DNA of 63,357 nucleotides, taken from Lytechinus pictus. Its lineage: Eukaryota. Of the stretch, positions 25,233 through 39,584 are shown in pieces. The notes beneath the pieces are model-generated. The model was not told the DNA's origin. It did no database searches and worked only from the letters and a program-made list of their open reading frames with translations. Location of the stretch: positions 49,042,001 to 49,105,357 of the forward strand of contig NC_087251.1 of the NCBI RefSeq assembly GCF_037042905.1. The letters are read 5' to 3'. Positions within the stretch are counted from its first letter, which is position 1. The number at the start of each line of letters is the position of its first letter. A program made the translations under genes and the position numbers.

Positions 25233-25565
25233 TACCCCTTTCATAAACCCAATTATGCGGATAATATCCGCATAATTTGGTCGTAAAATCGGAGCGGGAC
25301 CAGAGTTATCCGCATTATTTCGATGCTGCAATTATCCGCATAATAGCGGCATCGGGACCAGATTTTGACGCATTTCCAAAGTAATGCGGATAATTGCCAT
25401 GGTGCGGTCACAAAGGTCACCCTTTTCCAACACAACCCCATCGGAGGGGGCGTGTGCAGTGCCATGACAATTATCCGCCTTTTTCAGGTCGGGCGCTCGT
25501 AAAAAAATAGTGCGGATAATTTTCGGAGTTTGTGAATGCAATTTTTATTGAATTATCCGCATTAC
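25233..25565. mobile_element. DNA-transposon remnant with many ATCCGCAT/ATGCGGAT motifs in both orientations
   Basis: Repeated subterminal-type motif; ends not resolved. Confidence 0.5.
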
Positions 25566-26818
25566 TCTTAGTCTGAGATAACATTTAAACGAAATTCTCT
25601 ACATTATGTCGTCAAATATAGAGAAAAATGAAATGTTAACATGCAAATATCATTGAAATAATAGAAGTAAATTGAAGAGTGTAATAGAAAAGAGGATTCT
25701 TTCTTGTTCCATATAATCTGAAAATAAAAGTTTGTCAGGAAAGAGGGTCACACAATATAATTTCTATAAACGAATTATTAGATTCTCGTTAAAATGAATG
25801 AACATTTTTTTTTTAATGAACAATATTCTTGCCACTTTTTTACAATTTCTTGTGGGTTTTATTTTAATTGGGAATCGTGCTAACGAGGTATATCGTCTAA
25901 TTTGAGTAGATTATATTCCGAGTGTAATTCACGTCGATGCAAGTAGAAAGAGAAAGTGAGAAGCTTTAAATATTTTATGGATACAGGATAGTAATTTTAG
26001 ATTTCTTCAAATTATAAGGTATATAATTATAATAATCAAATCGAAATAGAAACATAATGATCATAAAAATAGGTTATAGCCGGGTCACGCAAGTCGCAAA
26101 GAGTCTTATCATAAATTATACCAATGCTCTGTGATTGTCGTTTTGTAAACTCTAGAACTGATTCTGTTATATGATTTTAATCATTCTAATTGTTTAAAAA
26201 AATCATAAGGAAAGGAAATTAGGGGGAGTACCAATGTTTATGTCATGCCTGTAGAGACATTTTAACAACGCAATGCCAGCTACAGAGAAAGTACATGTAT
26301 GTACAGTGTATATCTTAACTTGCTTTAATTTACAGCCGTTTTTATTCTAAGATCTAAATTTGCAAATTTATCAAAAGAAAATATCATCCCTTTTAACTAT
26401 TTCAGTGTCGTGTTTTCATCACTTCCAACAGAACCTTCAAAACATGAAAAGAGTGTCAAGTCAAAATGACAGCTTGACGTCAATGAGTGTTTTACCTGCA
26501 TTTTGAATATTACGTATTATATTCGATTATGCTGGAAACTTAAGAAAATATTCATGTTCTAATCTAATCAAGTTTTGCGTTCTCAACAGGGAAGAAGGAA
26601 GATAGTGTGATGGGAACGACCTCCAAAGGATTTTATGTTAAAAAAAAAGAATAAGAACAACTAGGGGAAATACCCGCCTTTTCTACGTGTTGTATTGTCA
26701 TAACAATCACGAAAATAATGATCACCTTTATTTGTTTATTTGTGCGTGGTGTCTCGTCGTCACCTCCACTGGAGCCCTAAAGATGTATGTATCTGGACGT
26801 CGCCATAGGTACCCGTTG

Positions 26819-27079
26819 CAGGGGCGGATCCAAGATTTTCCAAAAGGGGGGGGGGGGGCATTTTCGTACAGAAAAAAAATTGACAAGCAAAAAAGAAAAA
26901 GAAAAGATTTCACTACAACGTGGAGGTCATTTTGTTCCTGGAAAAATTTGACAAGCAAAAAAAAAAAAGGCATCACTTGCGTATGCATGACATATCTTAC
27001 CCCCCTTCAAAAAAAAATGGTGCCTCTCGAAAGGGGAGGGGGCACGGGCCAGATGTGTCCCTGCCTGGATGCGCCACTG
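26819..27079. mobile_element. hAT MITE with perfect 8-bp TSD ACCCGTTG
   Basis: CAGGGGCGGATCCA..TGGATGCGCCACTG TIRs; TSD at 26811-26818 and 27080-27087. Confidence 0.88.
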
Positions 27080-27208
27080 ACCCGTTGCTATAAAATGGAT
27101 TTTTTTTTTTAATCCACATCGTATAATATTATGCATATTGCATTATATTTTGTTTACATGTGTTGACAAGGAATAGGAAACACGTGTGTTTACGCAATCT
27201 GAAAACCA

Positions 27209-27613
27209 GGGGGGGCGTTTCATGAAAGGACTTGTCGGACGTTTTATCCGACAAGTCCCATTTTATCCGACAGTTACCATAGTAACAGTACACTCTTAAT
27301 TACAGGGATTTAAAATAAGTCTAGATGGATTGTAGTTAGGGACCAATCGATTTCTGGATTTTGTTTTAATCCTAAAGACTTAAATTTAAATCTCAAATGA
27401 TTTAAATTCAAATTAAATTTAAATCTTTCGAGATTTAAAAAAGGAATCTGAAGGATTCAATTAAATCCGGAATTCGATTGGTCCCTAACTACAGTCCATG
27501 TGGACTAATTTTAAATCCCTGTAATTTAGAGTGTACCTCTCAGCCAATCAACATCAGAGAAAGATGTCAGATCTGACAACTTGTCGGATGAAAATGTTGA
27601 TGAAACACTCCCC
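27209..27613. mobile_element. TIR element (family of 15554-15712) carrying a nested CACTC..GAGTG MITE at 27291-27533 with TA duplication
   Basis: The empty site GTAACAGTACCTCTC is present in the 15.6-kb copy. Confidence 0.9.
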
Positions 27614-28709
27614 TGGAAAGAGAAAAATATGTTTTCCCGAAAACTTACTGGAAACAAAATACGTGTAACTCCCGATACGTGATTATAATTCAAGCATTAT
27701 CAGAAGTTGACCAGGGTTTTCAGAGATATTTTACGATATAATTCTAAAAATGAACAATAAATGTTTTACTTCCATTCTCGATATCAGATATATAATTTGC
27801 CCTGTTTAATGTGCAGGTGTTATTCATTACTTTGTTGTCTCTTCCAAACTAATCCGCAATGGAAAGGGGGGATCAATTTGAAGAAAAGTAAATATCCCCC
27901 AACTTTAATGAAAGTACAAACTCTGAAAAATTTGACCCAATATACTCTGATTTAATCCTAATAAACTCAATTATGGAAACGAGACAGATTTCGCCCTATA
28001 ATATAAAAACCACTTTAATAAACATTTTGCCTGCCAGATTAGCACAATATTCTACCAAAAAGAAAGTAGACAAGTTTGACTGCACAAATTGAATTTTTTC
28101 CGAAAGAAAAAAAAAGATTTCAAAAATAATTGTCAAAAATCTGGTCACTTTAACAAGAGACTAGGTATCTTCGAGTACTAATGCTTGATATCTTACTGTG
28201 ACTATTGTCTTTATTATTTATTATTTCGACGGCATCATCATTATTCTGTATGCCTATTATTGTTGTTCATAATCCTCATTGCATTGTCATATTTCATATT
28301 ACTGCACTCAACTTTAAAACATGACATGAATGCTCCCGGAATGCTCTGAATCTCAATTTTGAAGGGTTTCTTTCTTAAGAGCGTAATATGATTTCACTCC
28401 AAAGAAGTGAAGTATAACAACCCTTTATCGAAAGGACAAAGAGAAGTGGTCCCGTGTCTTGTTTTAAGTGGCAAACATCCAACATTTAGGTTATAAGTTT
28501 TCAAAAACTTTCTTGAAGAAATTTCATGATGAAGGGAAATTTTTTGGACACAGCTGAATATTTGTCGATCTTGATCCAATAAACGTATACTTCAAACTTA
28601 TTAAAAAAAACCTTCGTTGGGAGCTCCTGCACAATTGAATTCCGCATTTTCAAGAAGACCGCATGCATAGGCCGAAATTTTATGAGAGTTTTTGGTCCAT
28701 GGGGGGGGG

Positions 28710-28791
28710 GGGGTGAGACGATCCACTCTAATCGGGGGGTGAGACGATCCACTCTAATCGGGGGGGGGGGGGGTGAGACGATCCACTCTAA
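28710..28791. repeat. Three tandem copies of (G)nTGAGACGATCCACTCTAAT
   Basis: Direct inspection. Confidence 0.85.
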
Positions 28792-31700
28792 TATGCTGCT
28801 GTATAAAATGAATGACTAACTGTCAAAATATAATGAACAACAGATTACAAACAAAGACGGAAATGAATAAGTTACTGCAAAAAGAATAATCAAATATTGA
28901 AAACATTCAGCTTCAAATACCCCGTAGTATATACAATTTTGTGACAATTAGAAAAAAAATCAGGGATGTCACCCGGATAAACAAACATTCGTTAAACGGG
29001 TCACTTCTCTCTTGCTAAACACAAAATACCTTCCAGGGAAAAGCCCAAAATATTTTGACAAGGGTAAACTTCCTCGTCTCTTCATCCGTGAAAGGCCAAA
29101 AAAAAAAGTATACACTTAAAAGAGGGGAAGGGATATACTATTTCAAAAAATTTCTTATGTAAAAAAAATGATTTTGGGCTTCCCCAACACAATCTTTATT
29201 TTTTCACAAGTAACACTGAAATTCAGGGGACTCCGTAGAATTTATAGAGTTTGACAGTCGGCGGGTATTTTTCTTGGGCAACTCTTCGTGGAAAACAATA
29301 AAATACTATAGTCATGTCAGTATGCCTCCTTGACCAAATATGGTCAATCAGAAATATCTTTGAACACCAACAATTACTACTGCCACTGCGTACTGATGTG
29401 GGGCTTGGAGGCACTAGCCCCCCCCCCCCAAAAAAAAAAAAAAGTAGAAGCAAAAGAAAGTAATTGAAAGGGAAACGAGTAAAATATGACATTATTATTT
29501 TTTTTTTACGTTAATATCTGTTAGAAAATTAGTTTTTTTAGTTTGAAAAGGTGTCCCTTTTCGGTCGTTTGCTTCGCTCGCTCATGACTATTTAGACATT
29601 TTCGTACGTACCCCATTTTCTGCCCTCCAAATTTTTTGACTCATTATACGACACCGCTGCTGCGCCTAAATACAACTACTGTTTAAATAACAATGTTATT
29701 ACCATCTATTACCCTTCCCATTCATAATAATATGCACATTCTCCACTCCATAGGGCATTCTAGAAAGAACTTTCAAGCTCAAATGTAGTAGCTTAATAAG
29801 CCAACAATTTTGAAGGGGATATACATGGGCATATAGGGCAATTTTTTAAATGCGAGCGAGCGAAGCAAGCGAGATTAAAAATGTATATACAAAAGCCTAT
29901 TTTTAGACAGAATTTGATATAATAGTCAGAAATTTGTATCATATTTCACCCTTTTCCCTTTTTTTGTTTTCTTAGTTGTGAACATTATTATCATTTTTAT
30001 TTTTTTAGCATCTTAGATGCTAGGCATACATGGTCTGCGTATATATAGGTGCTTTAAGAGGAGACTGGATTTGGCCTGTATGGCTCGAAGCTCGCTGAAA
30101 ATATGGAGTGGTGACTTCAAATATTAACTCGGCTAAATTTGACAGCGTATACATCTTTCTCCGACCATCCTACATTATTTTATTTTACCATGCGTGCCCT
30201 TTTCATTCGGTGTATATTCAATGGTAAGTAAACAGAAAAGTCGAAAAGAGGGGAAGATTGACCAAACGTTCTGAAATAATTATATTTTATCGTAAACCGG
30301 GATGACCGGATGTGTAACCTGACATTATTTTGATACCTTATTTTGTTCACAGAAATTGGTGTCATTCTGTTCCTTCTTTTCATTGAATATGTGCCAATAA
30401 AACCGCCTCTAAATTTTAGGGAAAAGTTGTATGCATTTGTATTTCTCTTTATAGGGATTTTGCATGATTTATTTCCCCATTATATTCAACCTGAATTGAA
30501 GGTTCATTTCAAATTACGTCCCTCATCCAAATTCAGATTTTTATATTCAGATCTTTTTGTCAATTTCACAAAAGATGGCGTGATATTACAATGCATGCAA
30601 ATTGGAGCCCAACCATCTCAACTTTGCTGAGTTTATAATTATGTTTCAAATCAAGTGCAATTTCGGATTCACCTCTAAGCTTCAATGTTTTTATTATTCT
30701 TGGTATTATTATTTAAATCAGACGTTTGTGTGAACTGTTCCTTCCCGGTGGTTCATCTCAAAACCCCCATCTTTATAACCAAATTAATATAGTTCAATTT
30801 TTGCGTTCAAAGAAATGCAGGGAATTTTATACCCCGACCTTTTATCATTCCTGGTATGGTTTCCCCAAATCACGGGATTTTCAGCATTATCATTTCTTTT
30901 ACATACGATAACCATTGATAAACCAATGCTAAACCGATTGGTAAACTATTGGTAACCATGACTCGGCGAGGCAAACCGCTTGACATAAATCCTGTTTTAT
31001 TTATTTAAAGGTAATCCCAACTCATTATTGTTTATACTCTGACGTACAGGTAAATGGGCTGCGGATATAATTTGAACATGGGGGGGGGGGGGTTGAGCCT
31101 CATGTGGGGGCTAGAAAAATAGAGATTTTTACGATTTTATACACGTTTACTGGAAAAAAAAAGTGGGAGTTCTACTGCTGCTCCCGAACTGTTTATGCAC
31201 ACTTTACGCAAGCCAGTTCTTTTAACCTAATTGGCCAGCATCCTGAAGTCGTGTTTGATTTAAACTCTGCACGGTTTAACTATGGATAGCCAATTGTCAC
31301 ATAAATCTATAGAAGTTGTTAAATGTATCAGCTAATTTGACTCGTAAATCATTCTTAACTGTCTGGGAAGGATTAATGAGATAATTGTCTTCACCACTGA
31401 AGAATTAAGGAAGAGCACAGTAAACATAAGAAACGTGCAATGTAAACAAATTTTTGACATTATTTTGGCTTCCTATAATTTTAGCATAAAGTTAGACCAT
31501 GGTCTAAGTTAAACCCGACTTCAGAATACGGACCATTATGTCTTACAGCATTATCAGATAATAATGCTCATTGAAATTTGCAAAGAAAATTATTTCACTT
31601 TGAAATTTTATCAATAAATTAATAAAAATACTCGTGGAATATTGGTTTTCTCCTTCGTTCAGTCGAAAATTGTCCAGAACACAGTACTCGCACCCTTATA

Positions 31701-31947
31701 CTGTTGCCTTTTTATACGCCAGACATCACTTTGAATGTTCAGTATCTTTAATAACTTGTAGATGTTATAAAGTATAAAAAATAAGGTATATCAAATAAAT
31801 TCAAATAAAAATGTTACATAATCTTGCGCTGTGCTGTGTGTCTGTTTATCGAAATTTCATATCAACCACATTGCTACGATTTTTGGGGGGTCTATTTTAG
31901 TGAAAACAAAAATCGATAAAAAATAAATACATGTATACATCTATATA

Positions 31948-32232
31948 GAAGCGTCGTGGTGTTGCGTCCTTTGACAAGGCGTCAATCCACAATTTGCCAC
32001 TCTCCACCCAGGTGTTAAATGGGTACCCGGTTGGGTGCGAATGCCTATGCAGTATGCCTTGCAATCGAGTCTGAAACTCTTGTTGGAATGTTCCCCAGGG
32101 AGTGGAGAAAGTGCATACATTCTATGCGGTCATGTCAGGATCCGATGACCGGGGTAATGATAATTGCGATGTAAAGCGCTTATATAGAAACAAAGTGTAA
32201 TAAGCGCTATATAAATGTAACTATTATTATTA
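31948..32232 (+). mobile_element. tRNA-SINE copy with an internal deletion of the B-box region
   Basis: Aligns with the 14433 and 38054 copies. Confidence 0.85.
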
Positions 32233-32875
32233 TATCTAAAATACTTTTAAAAAAATTACTGTTCAAGTATTTGAATGGGCATGTAGCGCCAGGGTATTTT
32301 GATAAAGTGGGGGGGGGGGGGGCTAGACAATCACTTTTCCTTCTCAATTTACTCAATTTAATTACAGGGATACATACAGTTACATAACCTATACTTATAC
32401 CTCTTTTTATGCTCTTCTTTATGCTACCTTCCCTATTTCCCTTCCTTTTTGACACTTTTTTCACTACTAAAAAAAAAATCATACGGACAGCTGCCCAACG
32501 TAGCACCGCCAGGCATGTCCTGAGTCTAGATTTCACATCGAGAAAAAACCCATCGGAAGCGAAGAAATGAATCACATGCGTGCAGATTGTCAAAGACCGA
32601 CCGCTATAATTAATCACAATTGTTTTCATGTGATCGAGGTTTCAGTTTTACATACGTAGATGAAAAGAATCCAGTAACTCCCCACGGGAATTTTTATCTT
32701 TAATATATCTTAACGATGTTCTTGTATTATCGTTGGTAATAGCACGCACACGTCAACACCTAAGTAATAACTGTAAGAGCTACAGTTGTATAAGCAGATA
32801 TCGTACGCTTTTGCCCAATATTGCTATTTCTTTCAACAGCTGAAACATGCAAAAGAAAAAAAAATCAATTGCATG

Positions 32876-33152
32876 CAGCGGCGTACCCAGGATGTTCCAA
32901 AAGGGGGGCAAATTTTTTGGAGGATATTTCGTCCGCAAAAAAAAATTTACAAGCAAAAAAAAAAAAAGGTCTTCAACCACAAATTGCATCTTTACATTAC
33001 AAATTATTAATTTTGCTTCTCAAAAGGGGGGCACGTCCCCTGGATCAGTTGTGACTCGTCAGGTGGGGGGGGGGGGGTCAGTGGTATGTCCCCTGCATGA
33101 GTTGTGACTCGTCAGGGGGGCAGTCTGCCCCCCTCCCTTAGGTACGCTAGTG
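32876..33152. mobile_element. hAT-type MITE
   Basis: CAGCGGCGTACC..GGTACGCTAGTG ends; flanks ATTGCATG / ACTGCATG (7/8 match). Confidence 0.72.
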
Positions 33153-33998
33153 ACTGCATGTAAATAGATTGTGAAATATATTTTTCGGGATGTGCAGTGG
33201 TGAAATGAACAAATTTTTTGGGTGAATTTTCAGAGTAAGTTGTGCCGTTTCTGAAAATTAGGAATTAAGGGAGCGAAGCAAGTGAGCAAAATGTTGACAT
33301 AAAAGAAACGTGTAACTGATTTTGCTACAGATTTGCCATGGGGAAAGGGGCAAATCATCAAAATATTCGACCTAATTCGATAATTTTCGATGCTAAATAC
33401 AATTCAAAAGCTTAACCATGTAAACAGAAAGGATTTTTTTTAAAGGATTGTGGGTTTTAGGGGTGAACCAGCCCCAAGACCACATCCAAACCACAATAGG
33501 TATACACCAATGATTTAAACATTCCACCACCTCATGAATTATATTCAAATTATTTCTAGTTAAACGATTGATACAAGCAAAATAAGTAATAAAAATGTGA
33601 ATACCCCTTGTAAATACATCTAATCCTGTATACAAGCATAATTTTCTCTTTTTTCATAATTCATTTTATTACACCCGATTTCTCGGAATGCCGGAAGTAT
33701 CCAAGAGCTTTGTGATAATATGGATTGGTATGAGGCTATTGTAGTACAGACTATAGTAAAAGTAGTAGAAGCAGTATGGTTGTAGTATAATCATTGTGCA
33801 CTCTAAATATGAAAGATTTAAAATAAATCAAGACCAGCGAAATTACGGATTTACTTTTAAATCTTAAAAGATAAATTTTCAAAGCTTTTAGCTTTATTTG
33901 AATCCAAAACGTCTAAATCCAATATTTGACAGGTCCCTGTTCGTGTCGATCTGGATTTATTTGAAACCCTGTATAGCAGCAAAGAAGAAGTTGTAATA

Positions 33999-34133
33999 NN
34001 NNNNNNNNNNNNNNNNNNNNNNNNNNNNNNNNNNNNNNNNNNNNNNNNNNNNNNNNNNNNNNNNNNNNNNNNNNNNNNNNNNNNNNNNNNNNNNNNNNNN
34101 NNNNNNNNNNNNNNNNNNNNNNNNNNNNNNNNN
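33999..34133. other. Assembly gap (N run)
   Basis: 135 Ns. Confidence 1.
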
Positions 34134-35618
34134 TGTCATGTTTAGGGGGAAATATGTGATTGGTGGATTGATTGATCGATTGATTGATTGATTGATTGAT
34201 TGAATGACTATTCGCAAAGCCAAATAATATAACATTAATGATATAAGTCGGTAAGCTCGGTAAGCTTGAACGGGATTTATACCCACAAAATCTAGAAGCT
34301 TGTTTCCAGCGGGGTTCGTAAAACATTTTTTTCTTCTTTTAAAATACTGCGTATAATACAGTCAGCATGGGGGTCAGTATGGGAGGCTTTCTAAAGGACA
34401 GACAAAATGGAAATGACCTTTATTGTCATATTAATAAAACACCGTCAAAAACTTGCGGGCGAATTGATGTTGATTGATGAAAAATACAACTCTGCTTAGT
34501 CTATTTATTAGACGTTGTATCTGTGCATGGAGTGGCGTAATGAAAAAAAATGGGGAAAAAAATAAAGAAAAAATATAAACTAAATGAGGACCACAAAATG
34601 TCATATGGGGCAAAAATTTCTTTGAAAAACAAGTCGTCAGCGAGCGAGAATTTTGACCTTTCTAAAATAAAAATCTGATTTCGCGAGAGAGTTTGACATT
34701 GGCTTAATCTTAGAAGATAATAATATTTTTTTTCACTTTTCTTTTCTTGCCTGTTCTTCCATTTTCATTTTTTTTTTCCTTGGTCGTGGGACATTTAGGG
34801 GGTCCACAGTAATTTTGTAATTGAGAGGTCTCCACAAATTGGGTGTATTTTGGTAAACAATTTGCCGAACCATCAAAAATTTATTAGTTTTATATTTTCA
34901 TTCTTTTGAGGGGTTGGGGGCACCACCACTGTCATGCATATCCATCAAGATAGTAACAGTGAAAACACAATATAGGCCAAATCCTCGGTCTCGTGTCCCT
35001 ATATAGTCAAACCCCTTCCTGTGCATGCCGATGAGTGTCATTTTTAAAATGAATATTGCATATCATTTTTTTTTAATTAAAATATCTCATCTAATGAACA
35101 TAGCCAGTAATCCGGTGAGGAAGTCTCTTTTTACCTTGAAATGAGACTATCCTAGCTATTGCGAAATAATACGTTTTGTGGGGAAGCACATTCTGTTTCG
35201 TTTACAAAATAATAGCTAAGTTTTTTAATGCATTTCTCAAAAGTTTTTATTTCATTATTCACTATATCATGATTAGTGTGCTTTGTTATACCAATAAAGC
35301 TTCTTTCAAATTGCATCTCTGATGATCGATCTGAATATGAGGTTTTGTAAGATCTGAATAATATGATATATTATGTTCGTGTAACAGTACACGAACATGG
35401 CTTCTCTTTTTAAGTTTCTTCCCCCCCCCTTTCTCCCTTCTTCTTCCTTTATCATCTTTCTCCTTTCCCTGCACCCCTCATTTTCACTACTTGAAAAATC
35501 ATAGGAACGGCAACCCCCTAGCTGCTCCTGTAGCGCAGCTCCTCTATAAAGCCTTCAAAAAGTACCCCAAAATACACACACACCTTGCATTTCCATGCAC
35601 AGTTCGCCCCCCTCTCTC

Positions 35619-35624
<6 letters not shown>

Positions 35625-35666
<42 letters not shown>
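35625..35666. repeat. (CA)n microsatellite
   Basis: About 21 units. Confidence 0.95.
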
Positions 35667-35668
<2 letters not shown>

Positions 35669-38053
35669 TAACAGTATAATGAGGGCTTATAATATTGTAT
35701 TAGGAAAATTATATTATCTTATGTATGAACATCCTTTATTCCGACAAAAACAAAGAGTTGCGATATTAAAAAGAGGAAATGGTATAGGGGGAGGAAAGTT
35801 TTATATGAGCCCTATACTGAGAACATACGGATATTTCAAATTTTCATGTTGAAGAAAACACAAATAGCAAAGAGTCGTCAAATTTATTTAAATTTATACG
35901 GAACAGGGAACAGGTAATCTTCCAAGGTGTTCACATTCACATCGGAAGAATAGGAATCGCAGAGAAACATATGCCTTGAGTACCAGGGCAGCATTTTGAT
36001 CATGGACATATACGCACTACCGATTTGGCGCACTTTGCCCTCTTATCTTCAGTGTCTTTCATACATTAGTTTAACCAATCAACCTTGGACTCGATTGAAT
36101 CTCAAATTGTCAGTTTTTTAGTAAACGGTAGGGCCCGGGGCGGGCAACTCTGCCATTCGCTGTGTACTGAATTCTCGGGGACCGGGAGGAGGAGGAGGGG
36201 GAGGGTTAAATTCTTCTTTAGCACCCCCCCCCCCCCCCGAGGGCAGAAATGAAACAGTTAGACAGATTGCATATGTTTATGTCTTCACAAATGAAAAAGT
36301 AAGGATAATTCTGAGCGAAAAACCTTTGAAATGGCAATTCAATATTTTTTGCTCTGTCTTGGAGCAAATGGGGGCATTGACCCTACCCTACATCCCAACA
36401 TCATCATTTATGCAGGAAATTTAACCCCCATGTGAATAGTAATTACCTAAATTATAATTACAACTATTTGATTGGTTCACACTATCACCTATATCATTCA
36501 CTAGTTTTCCTTTATTATATTTATCAATTTTTTTTTACATTTTTTAAACAACTTTGTATTTAGGTTAGATTGTCCTTTAGTTGGGTTAACGAGTGTGCAT
36601 TAAAATTTGTCTCAGTGTAAACGTGGCAAATGGGTATTTCGCTCGACTACCAGATTTCCTATCTTGCTTCTTGTACTTTCCCACATATAGAGTAAACAGA
36701 ACAATCTAGTCCTATACAGGTATAAACTTGCTTGGAGTATATATTAGCCGTATATAATTTCAACTTATTTACAGTTTGATTCTACGCCATCCCAACTCCC
36801 TTTTTATTTCGATTATTTAGATTGGTGCCGCACGGCCCAAATGCAAATCAGTTTTGTATCAGTTGGGTTGTTTACAGTGTGGAAATAAAAATGTATTATC
36901 CTGATCCTCACCCTAACACGCCATCAACCCACAGGAACGGGTCGGGAATGGGTTAGATCTATATATATTTCTTGAGTAGGCAACATAATGTTTCAGATTT
37001 ACCAACAGGAATAGCGCTATCGGGGGCATCTTGGGGCGCCGGAGTGAAAAAAAGCAGGAAATAAGTAGAATAAATATGAGTTCCATTATAGTGAAATATT
37101 GAAGCATAATTTTGTATTCATCCAATCTTATTGAAAGCAATACTTCAATAAGATTGGATGAATACAAAACTACGTGGCCGAGCTGTAAATTATCATAATA
37201 AAACAGAAACCAATTTACTACTTTTTATTTACATCCATTAGGCCTATGTATTTACTTCGCATGTATTTTCAAGGTGATTATGATAATACATTAATAAATT
37301 CTAACGGCTGGTTTTCCCCCATCGATCAATATAATATCAGTGGGGAATTCTACTTCAAGTATTTTCACACACTATATTATGCCGTGTGTAACTTTAAAAT
37401 GGCGCCCTTATTGTTACCCTGGTTTTCTGGGGATTTCCACCGCGGCAGATCGAGGTTGTTCGTAGTAAACAAGTTTTGTAACGACAATCGATAACAGAGC
37501 AGTGCCCTTGATTGTACAGGCCCCAGAACAACTGACCTGGAGAGTTGGAATCTAATCGCTTTCAGAATTTTCCATTGTTTCTTTCAAATCCTTGCGTGGC
37601 TAAATACTGACTTCTGAATGAGAATGTATATATTTTAGTGCTAATCTAGTAGAAAGCAATTTTAATTAAAATATGTGTATTAAAATAGGCGTAGGCCTAT
37701 AATACAATCATATAGCCTATGATTACATGGGAATGTAATGACATCGATTACAAAAGAGATCAGAAAAAAAAATCAGAATTATGCCAGTTGTAAATATGTA
37801 GGCATTGAAATACCACATAGGCCAATATACAATGAAATATGCACACATTGATGAAAATCAATGAACAAAGAATTCAGAAATATGTAACTAAGCCTACAAT
37901 ACTAAAGATGTTTGATCAGATTTATTTATTTGTTTAGACTGGGGTGCATGTATATATATCTATTCCTACTGCTAATTTATTATAATGATTTTGATTATGA
38001 AAGTGTTTAGCGTGATTGTGATTGTTAATTTTGACAATATACATTACTATCGT

Positions 38054-38379
38054 GGAAGCGCTGTGGTGTAGCGGTTCTGACTCTCGCCTTGTAATCAGAG
38101 GGTCGTGTGTTCGAATTCCACCATGGCCTAGCGTCCTTTGGCAAGGCGTCAATCCACAATTTGCCACTCTCCACCCAGGTGTTAAATGGGTACCCGGTAG
38201 GATGCAAAAGCCTATGTAGTATGCCTAGCAATTGAGTCTTGGAACTCTTGTTGGAATGCTCCCCAGGGAGTGGAGAAGGTGCATACATTGTATGCGGGCA
38301 TGCAAGGATCCGATGACCGGGGTAATAATATATCTGTAAAGCGCTTAGAGACGCCGTTCCGATGTGTTAAGCGCTATAT
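38054..38379 (+). mobile_element. tRNA-derived SINE; tail runs into the assembly gap
   Basis: Same family as 14433; B-box-like GTTCGAATTCC. Confidence 0.9.
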
Positions 38380-38519
38380 NNNNNNNNNNNNNNNNNNNNN
38401 NNNNNNNNNNNNNNNNNNNNNNNNNNNNNNNNNNNNNNNNNNNNNNNNNNNNNNNNNNNNNNNNNNNNNNNNNNNNNNNNNNNNNNNNNNNNNNNNNNNN
38501 NNNNNNNNNNNNNNNNNNN
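38380..38519. other. Assembly gap (N run)
   Basis: 140 Ns. Confidence 1.
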
Positions 38520-38718
38520 TTATCATGATGAGGGGTATATAGGCTCAGGCTATAGTTATACAAGTCAAATAGTTATTGTAGTATACAGTACTAACAGTTA
38601 GTAGTCTTAAATTGACAACAGGTTGTTAACACTTTGGCTACATTCACTACTTATCTCACATGGTTGCCTAATAATATGTCATTTATAATTAATGATAATA
38701 GCTGAATTCATCCAGCAC

Positions 38719-38928
38719 CTTTTTTCAGAGAACACAAAGTGAATTTTTTTAACCCCGTCTGAGCTACCACTGGATCAGCAGCGCTTTGTGCATAATAAAG
38801 GAATTAATCCTACCAGGTACCCATTCCCCTAACCTGGGTCGAATGCAGAACAATGTGGATAAATTTCTTGCTGCGATTTGACCCCATGACCCTCTGTTTG
38901 AAGGGTGAGAGCCAGAACCACGAGACCA
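38719..38928 (-). mobile_element. Diverged tRNA-SINE of a related family
   Basis: Reverse strand shows a GTGGTTCTGGCTCTC..CAGAGGGTC head and the CCCAGG..ATGGGTACC block. Confidence 0.7.
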
Positions 38929-39584
38929 AATACTGACGCAATGTCTGGAGGAAAATCCCCTTTGTTAAACAATGCAATATATTCTCAACCCGACCTTTCC
39001 TCCTACACTGTATTTACAATTACAATTACAATTACAATTTTCATGGCCCACTGAACAAACAATGATTATATTACTATCATATTGCATGAACATGATGGAT
39101 TGATATTAATGCAAACAGTCTGTTCGATAAGAACGTGATGGTGATTGGTCTAACCAATAAACCAATCATAACAGAGCCCCATATCACATTCTTCAATGCT
39201 TTTAATAACGCAATGGAAGGTACATTCCCTTAGGTAATGTTTTGCACTCATGTCGCCACAACTTCATGACATTACCATAGTGCACTAGATTATCCAGGTG
39301 ATAAATATGTTAATGTGCATTGTCAGAGGTATCAAAATAAAACACGTGAGTTATGAGCCAATATAGCTTTCGGGTATCATATACAGAGATAAGAAACAGG
39401 GGATTGCTAGCCGTTGTCTGGTCCTTACAAAGCAGAACTTATCTTTATTTTACTCATTCATTTACTTTATAAAAGTAATACAATGATGGCCATTGTAAAA
39501 ATTGGGTTTCCAGATCAAGCTCAGTCATGTATTATGGTATGAAGAGATTCAAAATGAAGATTCTTCCAAAGAAGATTCAAAGTA

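Noticed and set aside
33913-34326. ORFs spanning N runs (also 38270-38563)
   Set aside because: Artefacts of assembly gaps
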